Source: Oceanispirochaeta sp.
Lineage (GTDB): Bacteria; Spirochaetota; Spirochaetia; DSM-2461
Assembly: GCA_963663385.2 (NCBI GenBank)
Contig: CAXXXD010000002.1
Coordinates: 992,001-1,056,000, forward strand
DNA: 64,000 nucleotides
Direction: 5' to 3'
The notes beneath the pieces are model-generated. The model ran no database searches, was not told where the DNA came from, and saw only the letters and a list, made by a program, of their open reading frames with translations. Below are positions 20,876 through 29,600 of the stretch, one piece after another; position 1 is the first letter of the stretch, and every line of letters begins with the position of its first letter. A program made the translations under genes and the position numbers.

Positions 20876-21829
20876 ATGAATCCGCTTGTTTTCGATATTT
20901 ACAAAATGTCAGCCCATGACGGGCCGGGGATGAGAACAGTGATATTTCTGAAAGGCTGCCCCCTCAGATGCCGGTGGTGCCATAATCCGGAGAGCTTCCG
21001 TGCTTCTCCGGAAATCTGGGTCTATCCCGAGAGGTGTATCGGATGCGGCCAGTGCCTGGAGTCCTGCCCGGAAGGTGCTCTGTCATTTGATCAGAAGAAG
21101 CGGCCCCTGTTAAACCGGCAGCTCTGTACAGGCTGCGGCCTGTGCTCGGCTGTCTGTCCGGCAAAAGCCCTGGTTGATATAGGTAAATCCTGCTCAAAGG
21201 ACGAGCTTATGAAAATAATTCTGAGGGAAAAGACCTTTATGGATGAAACGGGCGGGGGCGTTACCTTTTCCGGCGGGGAGGCTCTTCTCTATCCCGGGTT
21301 TCTCAGTGAAATGCTGAAGGCCTGTAAAGAGGTCGGGGTTCATACGGCAGTGGATACCTGCGGGGCGGTTCCCTGGGAGAGCCTGGAAAAGGTTCTCCCT
21401 TTTACGGATCTTTTCCTCTATGATCTGAAAATACTGGATCCGCGGGAGCATAAAAAATATACGGGTCTGGGTAACAGGAGGATCCTGTCCAATCTGGAAA
21501 AGCTGAATCCTGTTCTCAGGCGGGAGAAGAAGACACTCTGGATCCGGACTCCCCTGATCCCGGGAGCTACGGACGGTACGGCTAACATCAGGGGCATTGC
21601 CGAATACATCAAAGCTAAACTGGTTCCTCTGCCTGAAAGGTGGGAACTGTGTGCTTTCAATCCTCTGGGCGAGGAGAAATACAGACGGCTGGATCTGCCA
21701 TGGGAGTATAAGAGGGGGTTCATGCTGGAGCAGAAAGCGGCAGACTCCCTTCTGCATACGGCAGGAGAGGTTTTCAGAGGAGCGGGTGAAGCCGGAATTG
21801 TCCGGCTTACAGGTCTGACTGCCTCCTGA
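20876..21829 (+). CDS. Glycyl-radical enzyme activating protein (radical SAM with 2x[4Fe-4S] ferredoxin insert)
   Basis: HDGPG.RTVIFLKGCPLRC.WCHNPES, CIGCGQC...CP, CTGCGLC...CP, GGVTFSGGEAL. Confidence 0.96.
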   Translation: MNPLVFDIYKMSAHDGPGMRTVIFLKGCPLRCRWCHNPESFRASPEIWVYPERCIGCGQCLESCPEGALSFDQKKRPLLNRQLCTGCGLCSAVCPAKALVDIGKSCSKDELMKIILREKTFMDETGGGVTFSGGEALLYPGFLSEMLKACKEVGVHTAVDTCGAVPWESLEKVLPFTDLFLYDLKILDPREHKKYTGLGNRRILSNLEKLNPVLRREKKTLWIRTPLIPGATDGTANIRGIAEYIKAKLVPLPERWELCAFNPLGEEKYRRLDLPWEYKRGFMLEQKAADSLLHTAGEVFRGAGEAGIVRLTGLTAS

Positions 21830-23465
21830 GGGATTCCTGGTATTCAACAGGAGTTATCCCCATGGCCTTGTGGAAGTTTCTGAAAAAGTAACTCCTGCTG
21901 GTGAAGCCTACGGCAATCCCGACCTGTCCCGCATTCAGGGAACTGGTTTTAAACATATGACAGGCTCTGTCTATACGTGTCCTGTTCAGGTAGAAGGAAA
22001 AGGACTCTCCCGCTTCTTCCCTGAACAGCTTCCCCAGATAGGAAGCACTCATCTGGAACTGCTGGGACAGGGTTTTCAGTGAGAGCGGCGCCGAGTAATT
22101 CTGATCTACATAATTGATCAGTCTGCGGGCAATGCTGCTGTCAGAACGTTGTATCAGTTCTTCAGAAATCGCCAGAGACAATTTCCGCAGCCAGTCTATT
22201 AGATCTTCCGGAGATTTCTGTTTAAACAGCTGTCTATGAAGGTTCGCATATCCTCCGGTTAGACTCTCCTTATCCAGTTCCTCCTTTTTAACAAGCGAGA
22301 GAAGATCGGAAAGAATTTCAATCAAAAACCCGATACAGTACTCCCTGTCTGCTGCAGGGTGGTTGGTATAATCCATGAGCAGTCTGTTAAAAAAGTGACT
22401 GATAAGGGTTGTACTCCCTTCTATAATACCGCATATCAGATCATCTGTTTCAATTTCCCCGAAAGGCGTGTCTTCCCTTACAAAGCGGTCAAGGGATGCC
22501 TTGTCAATTATCCGTACGGGCAGGTAGGTAATCGGTTCAATCTCCAGGCCGTTGAACCAGTCTACAGCTGTTTTAACGGGCAGGGTTCCGTCCTGAACAG
22601 GATCCTGCCAGGTTATGGCATTCAGGCTGCCGTTTCGCAAAAGGGCAATCCCAACGGGTGTGCTCCCGTTGGCAACCCGGATCAGATCGGCTCTGCCATA
22701 CCGCGCCAGAGCATCGTTTATGCCCAACTGGCTTGTATTGTCATCCGCACTGATAATTCCCTTCAGTTTCGTTCCGTGTTTTACAAGCCAGGACAGCACC
22801 ATGTCGCATGTTTTCTGTCTGTTCAGCCCGGCCGAAGCCATTTCAAGCAGCTTCATACCCGGAGCACATTCCGCGAGTTCCGTTATGGCTCCCCATGCCC
22901 TGGCGTAATAGGGGGAGGTCCCCGGCAGGTGGGTAACAATGGCATAGCCGCCTTCATGGTTCATCAAACGGGCAAAGTGCCGGCTCAACTGCCTGGTCTG
23001 TTCCCAGTCATCCGGACCGGTCCAGGAGAGGATGTAGGGAAAACCGTCATCCTCCGGGAGCATATTGCTTGCAATGACAGCTATGCCGGCTTCATAGAGT
23101 CGTCTGTACAGGTAGGAACTGTCTTCATTGCTTTCCGGCATCAGTATAACAATGTCAGGCTTATCTTCGATAATGGCTTCAACCTGCTGATCCTGGAGTT
23201 CCGGATCCCACCCGGCATTGTAGATACTCAGCACCATTCCCTTTTTTAATGCCGCCTCACGGAGTCCCCGTATATATTCTCTCTGATAGGGGTGATCTCC
23301 CGCCAGCAGGGCAGCTATCCGTTTCCCCTCCGGTCCTGTTTCAGGGGGAGGCGGCTGCCTTTTTTTTCCGATATGCCAACCGGCATATTCCTTGTCATAC
23401 CAGTGTTCAGGCCTGGTTTTCGGGTATTCAGTCGGTTCTTCCGGACGGGGAGGGATGAATTTCAT
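21807..23465 (-). CDS. Fusion regulator: sugar-binding (RbsB-like) domain + AraC HTH (paralog 1)
   Basis: N-terminal HWYDKEYAGW, WTGPDDW; C-terminal LSLKTLS...SASYLGKLFREE.G..F, VGF....YF...F.K..G.TP; no signal peptide or TM helix. Confidence 0.85.
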   Translation of the reverse strand: MKFIPPRPEEPTEYPKTRPEHWYDKEYAGWHIGKKRQPPPPETGPEGKRIAALLAGDHPYQREYIRGLREAALKKGMVLSIYNAGWDPELQDQQVEAIIEDKPDIVILMPESNEDSSYLYRRLYEAGIAVIASNMLPEDDGFPYILSWTGPDDWEQTRQLSRHFARLMNHEGGYAIVTHLPGTSPYYARAWGAITELAECAPGMKLLEMASAGLNRQKTCDMVLSWLVKHGTKLKGIISADDNTSQLGINDALARYGRADLIRVANGSTPVGIALLRNGSLNAITWQDPVQDGTLPVKTAVDWFNGLEIEPITYLPVRIIDKASLDRFVREDTPFGEIETDDLICGIIEGSTTLISHFFNRLLMDYTNHPAADREYCIGFLIEILSDLLSLVKKEELDKESLTGGYANLHRQLFKQKSPEDLIDWLRKLSLAISEELIQRSDSSIARRLINYVDQNYSAPLSLKTLSQQFQMSASYLGKLFREEAGESFSFYLNRTRIDRACHMFKTSSLNAGQVGIAVGFTSRSYFFRNFHKAMGITPVEYQESLRRQSDL

Positions 23466-23540
23466 GAAAGAAGTTTAGAGAGTGACCGCCCTTTTTGTCA
23501 AACAGCTTTTTTCAACTCCGGGAGCAGGGAGGAATAATAA

Positions 23541-23568
23541 TTGACAAATGGTAAAATTGTGATAAAAT
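23541..23568 (+). promoter_or_regulatory. Host sigma70 promoter, originally for the UroD-like gene and now upstream of the IS110
   Basis: TTGACA-16 nt-TAAAAT with extended TG. Confidence 0.6.
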
Positions 23569-23674
23569 ATAGGTAAAATAAAAACAAAATTTTATCACAG
23601 TTTGTACGAAATGCTCACGGCCTGGTTATGCAAGCGGGCTTGAGAGTTTTTACAGGAGGAATGATAAAAAGTCT

Positions 23675-23870
23675 TCATAGGCTTGTGGATTGATACAATG
23701 TTCTAAACATCGTTTAGAACAGCCAGGTTACTGTTCGCCATTTTTACTGGTCTCCGAGACCGTACAGGAGAATGAAGAGCCGTGACCGAAACATTCAATG
23801 GTCTTCGAGACCGGATAGGAGAATGGAATCAATTCACCGTACAGGCGCTGTTTTAGGCAATAGGAGCGAA
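23675..23870 (+). ncRNA. Candidate IS110 bridge RNA (target-binding loop ~23741-23770, donor-binding loop ~23792-23821); ends approximate
   Basis: 5' hairpin TGTTCTAAAC-atc-GTTTAGAACA, then two modules 51 nt apart of the form [8-nt guide]-GGTCT(C/T)CGAGACC-G-[8-nt guide]-AATG. Their guides match the reconstructed target and donor junctions. Confidence 0.75.
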
Positions 23871-23873
23871 GGT

Positions 23874-24986
23874 ATGAAGATGAGTATCGGAGTGGATCTG
23901 CACAAATCCCAGTTAACAGTCTGTTTCCTGAGTGATGATAGAAGCATTTGTGAATCAGGAATGTATCCGACCTCTGAGGACGGTTACAGAGCATTTCTTG
24001 AGAAAGCAGTGTCCTATACAGAAGAGGGCCTTGATGTTAGGGCTGCAGTGGAATCAACAGGAAATGCCCGGTTCTTCCGTAACAAGCTATTGCTAGCAGG
24101 GATTGAGGTGGTGGTTGTGAATACACTGAAATTCAAAGTTGTAAATGAATCAGTGAAAAAGACGGATAAGCATGATGCCAGAACTCTAGCAGAGTTCTTG
24201 GAAAAAGATATGCTTCCCGAATCACAGCTTTGTTCTCAGGAGAGTGAGGATATCCGTAGAGTTCTTAAATCCAGAACTATCCTTGTTAAATCAGTCGTAT
24301 CTTTGAAGAATCAGGTTCACGGACTGCTTCTAGGGTATGGAATTGAAACAAAAAGAGCTGCGCTGCAGAGTAAAAAAGAAAGGCAGCGCATCCTCATCGG
24401 TCTCGTGGACCATAGGAGTTTCGGAAGCGCTGCCAAAGCGATAGAACCGCTGCTTTCTACGATAGATCAGGTTTCGAACCAGGTCAAGCAGTTAGAGAAA
24501 GTCCTGCTGGAACTTGTAAAGGAAGATGAGGATGTACAGTTATTGCAGACGATCCCGGGAGTCGGATTGATAACGGCATCGACTATTAGGGCCTATACGG
24601 ATGATATCAAGCGGTACGCCAGTGCCAAGAAGTATTCGGCTTATGCCGGTCTTGTACCATGGGTGCAGAACTCCAATGAGACGATTCATCATGGGCATAT
24701 AACAAAGAGAGGGGCTGTAGAACTGAGAACGGCATTTGTTCAGTGTGTTATGGGAATGGTTAGAACTCGGAAAACGACTGGCAATTACCGTATCATGACG
24801 AAGTACAGAGCGATGAAGAAGAACAAGGGCAGCGGCACGAGTATTATCGCCTCTGCAAGAAAGATGAGTACGGTAGTGTACTCCATATTGAAAACCCGTG
24901 AACCCTTTGATCCGTTGAAGATGGTTCCGGATGATAAGTACTTGAAGATGCAGGCGGCTGCATTCAATGCCGTAAAAACTGGGTAA
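23874..24986 (+). CDS. IS110-family transposase/recombinase (DEDD RuvC-like + Tnp domain)
   Basis: SIGVDLHK (D), AVESTG (E), KTDKHDA (DD), LQTIPGVG, YAGLVP..QNS......G.ITKRG; ATG 23874 follows AGGAG. Confidence 0.95.
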   Translation: MKMSIGVDLHKSQLTVCFLSDDRSICESGMYPTSEDGYRAFLEKAVSYTEEGLDVRAAVESTGNARFFRNKLLLAGIEVVVVNTLKFKVVNESVKKTDKHDARTLAEFLEKDMLPESQLCSQESEDIRRVLKSRTILVKSVVSLKNQVHGLLLGYGIETKRAALQSKKERQRILIGLVDHRSFGSAAKAIEPLLSTIDQVSNQVKQLEKVLLELVKEDEDVQLLQTIPGVGLITASTIRAYTDDIKRYASAKKYSAYAGLVPWVQNSNETIHHGHITKRGAVELRTAFVQCVMGMVRTRKTTGNYRIMTKYRAMKKNKGSGTSIIASARKMSTVVYSILKTREPFDPLKMVPDDKYLKMQAAAFNAVKTG

Positions 24987-25046
24987 TCCGGTTCAATTGT
25001 AAGCTTGTTAATAGGCTTATGATTGACTTTTTATAGGAGTAAAAAA

Positions 25047-26306
25047 ATGACTTCAAGAGAAAGAGTTCTGGCCTCTGTCAACCACAGGTCTCCCGATCGG
25101 GTTCCCATTGACCTCGGCGCTACTCCCAGTTCCGGGATATCGGCGGTGGCCCATAACAATCTGATTAAACATCTGGGCTGGGCGGATTCTCCCACCCGGA
25201 TCTACGATGTGGTGCAGCAGCTTGCCCAGCCTGATGAAAAGCTGATAGAGCTTCTGGGGGTGGATATTCTGGATATTGGCCGGACCTTCAATACGTCTCC
25301 CGAAGACTGGTATGAGATAGATCTTCAGAATGGGGGTAAAGCGCAGTACCCGGTCTGGTTTCGTCCTGTCAAAAATGAAAAAACCGGAGAGTGGGAGGCT
25401 TTTCACCGGACCAGCGGGCGAAAGATTGCGTCCATGCCCGACAGCGCCACCTTCTATGATCAGTCATACTTCCCCTGGGTGAACGGATACCCGGACAGCC
25501 GGCAGGGGATGGAAGATGCTCTGGATGAGGCAATGGACCATATCCTCTGGTCCCATCTTGTGCACAGTCCCTGGGACCATGCGGGAGATGCGGGTTTTTT
25601 TGATACCCTCAGAAGCAACACCCTTGCCCTGCGGAAATCCAGCGATAAAGCCCTGATGGTTGTAAACGGGTGCAACCTTTTTGAATGGGGCACCTTTCTC
25701 CGCCGTATGGATAACTTTCTGATGGACCTCTATGTGGAACAGGATAAAGTAGCCATGCTGATGGAGCTGCTCATGGAACGGCATATGAAGGGCCTTGCCA
25801 AAACCTGCGAAGCCGTGGGGGATACGGTTGATATTTTGCGTTTCGGTGATGATCTGGGTATGGATTCGGGGCCTTTTATGGGACTGGAAGTGTACCGGGA
25901 CCTTTTTCATGAACACCGTAAGACTCTCTGTTCCCATGTGCATCAGAACAGCAGCATGAAAACCTTTCTCCATACCTGCGGGTCCATGCATCAGTATATA
26001 CCCAGCCTGATAGAGGAGGGAATGGATATTATCAATCCCGTTCAGACCAACTGCCGGGATATGGAGGCGGATAAACTGAAAGAGGAATTCGGGAAGGATA
26101 TCGTTTTCTGGGGCGGCGGAATGGATCCCCGGGTAATTCTGAATACGGGAACCCCGGAACAGGTCCGGGAAGAGGTCCGGAAGCGTCTGGACGTATTTAC
26201 TCCCGGGGGCGGATATGTTTTCAACAATATTCATAATATTATGCCCGATGTGCCGCCGGAAAATATCCTGGCCATGTTTGAGGAAGTTCAGAAATATCAG
26301 CTGTAG
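25047..26306 (+). CDS. Uroporphyrinogen decarboxylase (URO-D)-fold protein, MtaA/CmuA-like putative methyltransferase
   Basis: MTSRERV.....H..PDRVPID, GDDLG, FLHTCG, NPVQ, FWGGG, GGGYVF...HNI.PDVPPENI. Confidence 0.85.
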   Translation: MTSRERVLASVNHRSPDRVPIDLGATPSSGISAVAHNNLIKHLGWADSPTRIYDVVQQLAQPDEKLIELLGVDILDIGRTFNTSPEDWYEIDLQNGGKAQYPVWFRPVKNEKTGEWEAFHRTSGRKIASMPDSATFYDQSYFPWVNGYPDSRQGMEDALDEAMDHILWSHLVHSPWDHAGDAGFFDTLRSNTLALRKSSDKALMVVNGCNLFEWGTFLRRMDNFLMDLYVEQDKVAMLMELLMERHMKGLAKTCEAVGDTVDILRFGDDLGMDSGPFMGLEVYRDLFHEHRKTLCSHVHQNSSMKTFLHTCGSMHQYIPSLIEEGMDIINPVQTNCRDMEADKLKEEFGKDIVFWGGGMDPRVILNTGTPEQVREEVRKRLDVFTPGGGYVFNNIHNIMPDVPPENILAMFEEVQKYQL

Positions 26307-26328
26307 CAGGTATCTGGCAATCCAGGGC

Positions 26329-26357
26329 GTAGAGACAGGTTTTAAACCTGTCTCTAC
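26329..26357. repeat. GTAG-capped REP-like palindrome or bidirectional terminator between convergent genes
   Basis: GTAGAGACAGGTTT-T-AAACCTGTCTCTAC perfect 14-bp arms, with outer TGGCAATC/GATTGCCA arms. Confidence 0.7.
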
Positions 26358-26429
26358 TGTCCTCTGATTGCCATGGTTATTATTCCGGATGCATTTTCTC
26401 TATGCGTATAATCCCCGAATTGCGGTAAT

Positions 26430-27737
26430 TTACCGGCTGGCCGCTCTTTCTGCTTCTTCCATGGCTATTTTCTCCCAGTCCCACAGCCTTTCGGGTTTGT
26501 AGCTGACCGTGGAAATATCCTTCATGATCAATTCCACATGACACTGGCCTTCGGTTTCATCCAGAAACTCCCGGATCTGCCGCCTGGCTTCGTCCCTGTC
26601 CCAATCACTGGTGGCAAATACGGCCGGGTTGGGTTTTCGGCTGATCACATACTCATCCCGGATTTCAGCAATGGCTTTTTTCGTATTGTTCCAGGGGCTG
26701 CAGGAAATCTTCCGCAGGTTGGGGATCTTCCGCAGCTGTTCCATTTTACCGGCCAGGGGTTCACAGCAGCCGTAATAGGTCATACCCCAGCGCTCAAGCC
26801 ACCTTAAATCGTGTTCGATAGCAAAATCCCAGTGCATCTCAGGGGAAACATCCGAGAAAATCTGGGCATTGGAACAGCCCCACATATTGATTGGTTTTAC
26901 ATAATCCGGATCCGGATTCTCACCGGGCAGCTGTGATGTGTATCCGTAACCGCCGGATCCGATCCTTGTATTGTTGCAGTCCAGTGAGAGCAGGTTCTGT
27001 TCCACAAACTGATCCAGCTCCACCATCCAGGCATCAACCATGCGGTCTACCGCATCATGAACCATCCGGGGACGGAGGACCAGATCCATCATGGCCTCCT
27101 GAACACCCCACCAGCGGATCAGGTAGTCCCAGGGGGTAAACCAGATATGGGTCTGTCCCACCTCTTTTACAGGCATCAGGTCGCCAAAGAGGCTTTCCAT
27201 GGCATCCCTGCCGTAAGCGGTAGCCTCCCTGTTATGGGTTACGATGGGCATTTTGATTTTTTCTATATCCTCGGGATTGGATATCTGAATTTTGAAGTGA
27301 CGGGAGACAATATCATTGGCATCATCCGTTCTGGCAATATCTGTCTCTTCCAGAATACCGAAATCGGTGCTGTGAATAACCTTGGGACATTCAAACCAGG
27401 GGTTTACAACCATATCTCCCCGCATATGCTCCCACTGGTAGATGGTCTTTCTCATCTGATCTTCCATATTCCGGGCCCATGTTCCCTTGCAGCGAAGGGT
27501 CAGCTCATCATTCACATTCATCTCGTGCCAGGGAATCTCATTGATCCAGACCATGGGTCTCCGGGATTTCAGGTCATTCAGATCTGTCCAGAGAGCGGCT
27601 TTCTCTTTATGAACAGGATCCGAGGCAATTGCCGTGATTTTCTCACCAAGTTCCCTGAGTATGCATTTTTCTGTGTTGTCCAAAACTATCGGTTCAGCCA
27701 CCGGGGCGGCTTCTCTATGGCTGGGGTCATGCAGCAT
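26430..27737 (-). CDS. Conserved hypothetical protein, probable distant URO-D/methyltransferase-fold member
   Basis: 435-aa ORF; WWG....MMDL...P..VH, VSP.M...F, YYGCCEPL, RKIS.SPW, SRKPNP motifs reminiscent of divergent URO-D-like proteins. Confidence 0.55.
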   Translation of the reverse strand: MLHDPSHREAAPVAEPIVLDNTEKCILRELGEKITAIASDPVHKEKAALWTDLNDLKSRRPMVWINEIPWHEMNVNDELTLRCKGTWARNMEDQMRKTIYQWEHMRGDMVVNPWFECPKVIHSTDFGILEETDIARTDDANDIVSRHFKIQISNPEDIEKIKMPIVTHNREATAYGRDAMESLFGDLMPVKEVGQTHIWFTPWDYLIRWWGVQEAMMDLVLRPRMVHDAVDRMVDAWMVELDQFVEQNLLSLDCNNTRIGSGGYGYTSQLPGENPDPDYVKPINMWGCSNAQIFSDVSPEMHWDFAIEHDLRWLERWGMTYYGCCEPLAGKMEQLRKIPNLRKISCSPWNNTKKAIAEIRDEYVISRKPNPAVFATSDWDRDEARRQIREFLDETEGQCHVELIMKDISTVSYKPERLWDWEKIAMEEAERAASR

Positions 27738-27857
27738 ATTCTGCTCCTTTTCTGATTACAGGATATTCTATAATTCATTCCTGAACCGGCAGGGAGCAAG
27801 AGGCTGTCGAAATAGTTATAGGGAATTTATTACTTTTTATAGATAAATGTAATTATC

Positions 27858-29567
27858 TTATGATTTTTTTAGACTCTCCATAAAATCCCCGGGATTTATC
27901 CCCTTATATTTTTTAAACAGGCTGAAAAAATAGTTGGGGTTGGAATAGCCCACCTTGACGGCAATCTGTGACGCCGTCAAGCCCCCCGCATACATCAGTT
28001 TTTCAGCCTCCTCCATTCGCTGCCGGTTCAGCCAGGAGGCAAAAGAGAAGCCTGTTTCCTCTCTGAACAGTTTTCCCAGGTAGGGGGAGGATATATTAAA
28101 GCGAAAAGCCAGGGTTTTGAGAGAAAGGGGTTCCGCATAGTGGGTTTCCGCATAGTTTACAATCTGCTGAATCAGGCTGGTATGCCGGTTCCGCTTCCGT
28201 GAGAGATAGTGAATAATCTGCAGGGCTACTTCCTGAAGCCATCCGAGTGTCTTTTCCATACTTGGCTGCTGAAAAAGTTTTTTAAATAGGGTCTCATAGC
28301 TGCCGATTATCTCCTCAGCGGGAAGATCGAGTGTTTTTACAATATTCAGAAGACTGGATAGAACCTGAATGGAGTAACCCCTGAAATAATCCATTGTCAT
28401 ACTGCTGTCCCGGGAAAAATCCTGTTCCACTTTCCTGAAATAGTCAAAGACATCACTGCTGCGGCATTCCATAACAGTCTGGAACAGGATATCCGGAGAT
28501 GTATCTGATGTATCAACCGGTTCGCTGAATAGCTGGCTTATATTGGATCTGTCCAGCAGACGTTTGGGAAGCGTGTTCATAAGAGGGGTTTCCAACCCGT
28601 TGAACCAGTCCACGGCAACCCGGATCGGCAGGGCCCCGTCCTGTTCCGGCAGCTGGAAGGTTATGGCTTTCAGGGAGCCCTCCTGAATCAGCCGTATTCC
28701 CGTAGGGGTGCTGCCGTTGGCAACCCGGATAATATCCTCTCTCTTCTCTTCCCTCAGGGCTTCATTGATCCCCAGTTGGGTGACATTATCATCAGCGCTG
28801 ATAATGCCTTTAAGCTCGGTCCCGTAACGGTTCAGCCATTCCTTTACCAGCTGGCAGGTTTTTTCCCTGTTGAGATCTGTTGAGGCCATCTCCAGAAGCT
28901 TCATTTCCGGAGCATATTTTTTTAATTCCGTAATGGCGGACCAGCTCCGGGCATAATAGGCGGAGGTCTCTTCCCGATGGCAGACTATGGCGTAACTCCC
29001 TTCATGGTTCATCTCTTCGGCAAATCGGCGGGAGAGCAGACGGAACTGTCCCCAGTCGTCGGGACCGGTCCACCCGAGAATATAGGGGAAGCTTTTATCA
29101 AGGGGCAAGAAATTTGAAGCAATCAGAGGGATGCCCGCCTTATAGATCTTCCGGATCATCTCATCGCTTGCCTCTCTGTTTTCGGCGCAGAGGATAATCA
29201 TATCCGGTTTCAGCTGAATGGCCCGTTCGACCTGTATCATCTGCAGATCCGTATCCCACTGGCTGTCATAGTAACTCAGATTAATGGAGTACTGTTCGGC
29301 AGCTTCAAACATCCCCCTCTGATATTCCCTGCTGTAGGGGTGGGATCCTGAACCGAGAGTAATTATACTTTTCCCTTTGGCCCCGTCAGCCGGGGAAAGG
29401 GGCTGTTTTTCCCTTTTTACATGACGTCCGGCATATTCCATATCAAACCAGTGCCTCTCATCATCCAGAGGGTAATCCTCCGGATGATCCGGGCGGGGAG
29501 GTATTTCCCGGGAATCGGTCTGCCAGAAAAGGGGTGATTCCGTGCTATAATGCATCTTCTTAAGCAT
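27858..29567 (-). CDS. Fusion regulator: sugar-binding domain + AraC HTH (paralog 2)
   Basis: HWFDMEYAG, WTGPDDWGQF, LSLKTLA...SSPYLGKLFREETG, VGYSNPNYF. Start codon uncertain. Confidence 0.85.
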   Translation of the reverse strand: MLKKMHYSTESPLFWQTDSREIPPRPDHPEDYPLDDERHWFDMEYAGRHVKREKQPLSPADGAKGKSIITLGSGSHPYSREYQRGMFEAAEQYSINLSYYDSQWDTDLQMIQVERAIQLKPDMIILCAENREASDEMIRKIYKAGIPLIASNFLPLDKSFPYILGWTGPDDWGQFRLLSRRFAEEMNHEGSYAIVCHREETSAYYARSWSAITELKKYAPEMKLLEMASTDLNREKTCQLVKEWLNRYGTELKGIISADDNVTQLGINEALREEKREDIIRVANGSTPTGIRLIQEGSLKAITFQLPEQDGALPIRVAVDWFNGLETPLMNTLPKRLLDRSNISQLFSEPVDTSDTSPDILFQTVMECRSSDVFDYFRKVEQDFSRDSSMTMDYFRGYSIQVLSSLLNIVKTLDLPAEEIIGSYETLFKKLFQQPSMEKTLGWLQEVALQIIHYLSRKRNRHTSLIQQIVNYAETHYAEPLSLKTLAFRFNISSPYLGKLFREETGFSFASWLNRQRMEEAEKLMYAGGLTASQIAVKVGYSNPNYFFSLFKKYKGINPGDFMESLKKS

Positions 29568-29600
29568 AACTGTGATTTTCGGATAATGTAAAGGATATCA

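Larger units (their letters stand above)
23657..25039 (+). mobile_element. IS110-family insertion sequence, both AG core copies included
   Basis: Left junction TACAGG-AG-GAATG, right junction TATAGG-AG-TAAAAAA. Sub-terminal inverted repeats ATAAAAAGTC (23664-23673) and GACTTTTTAT (25025-25034). Removal restores TTTTTACAGGAGTAAAAAAATG (SD + ATG 25047). Encodes a DEDD recombinase. Confidence 0.88.

Noticed and set aside
23741..23825. The two GGTCTYCGAGACC modules as a mini-CRISPR or TIGR array
   Set aside because: Only two units, no cas genes, and the variable parts match the IS's own target and donor sites.
23590..25034. Alternative IS110 boundaries using the TTTTAT direct repeat (23590-95 / 25029-34)
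   Set aside because: 23586-23602 matches a host operator-like motif also at 18463-79. The AG-core model better explains the inverted repeats, the 17-nt junction promoter and both guide loops.
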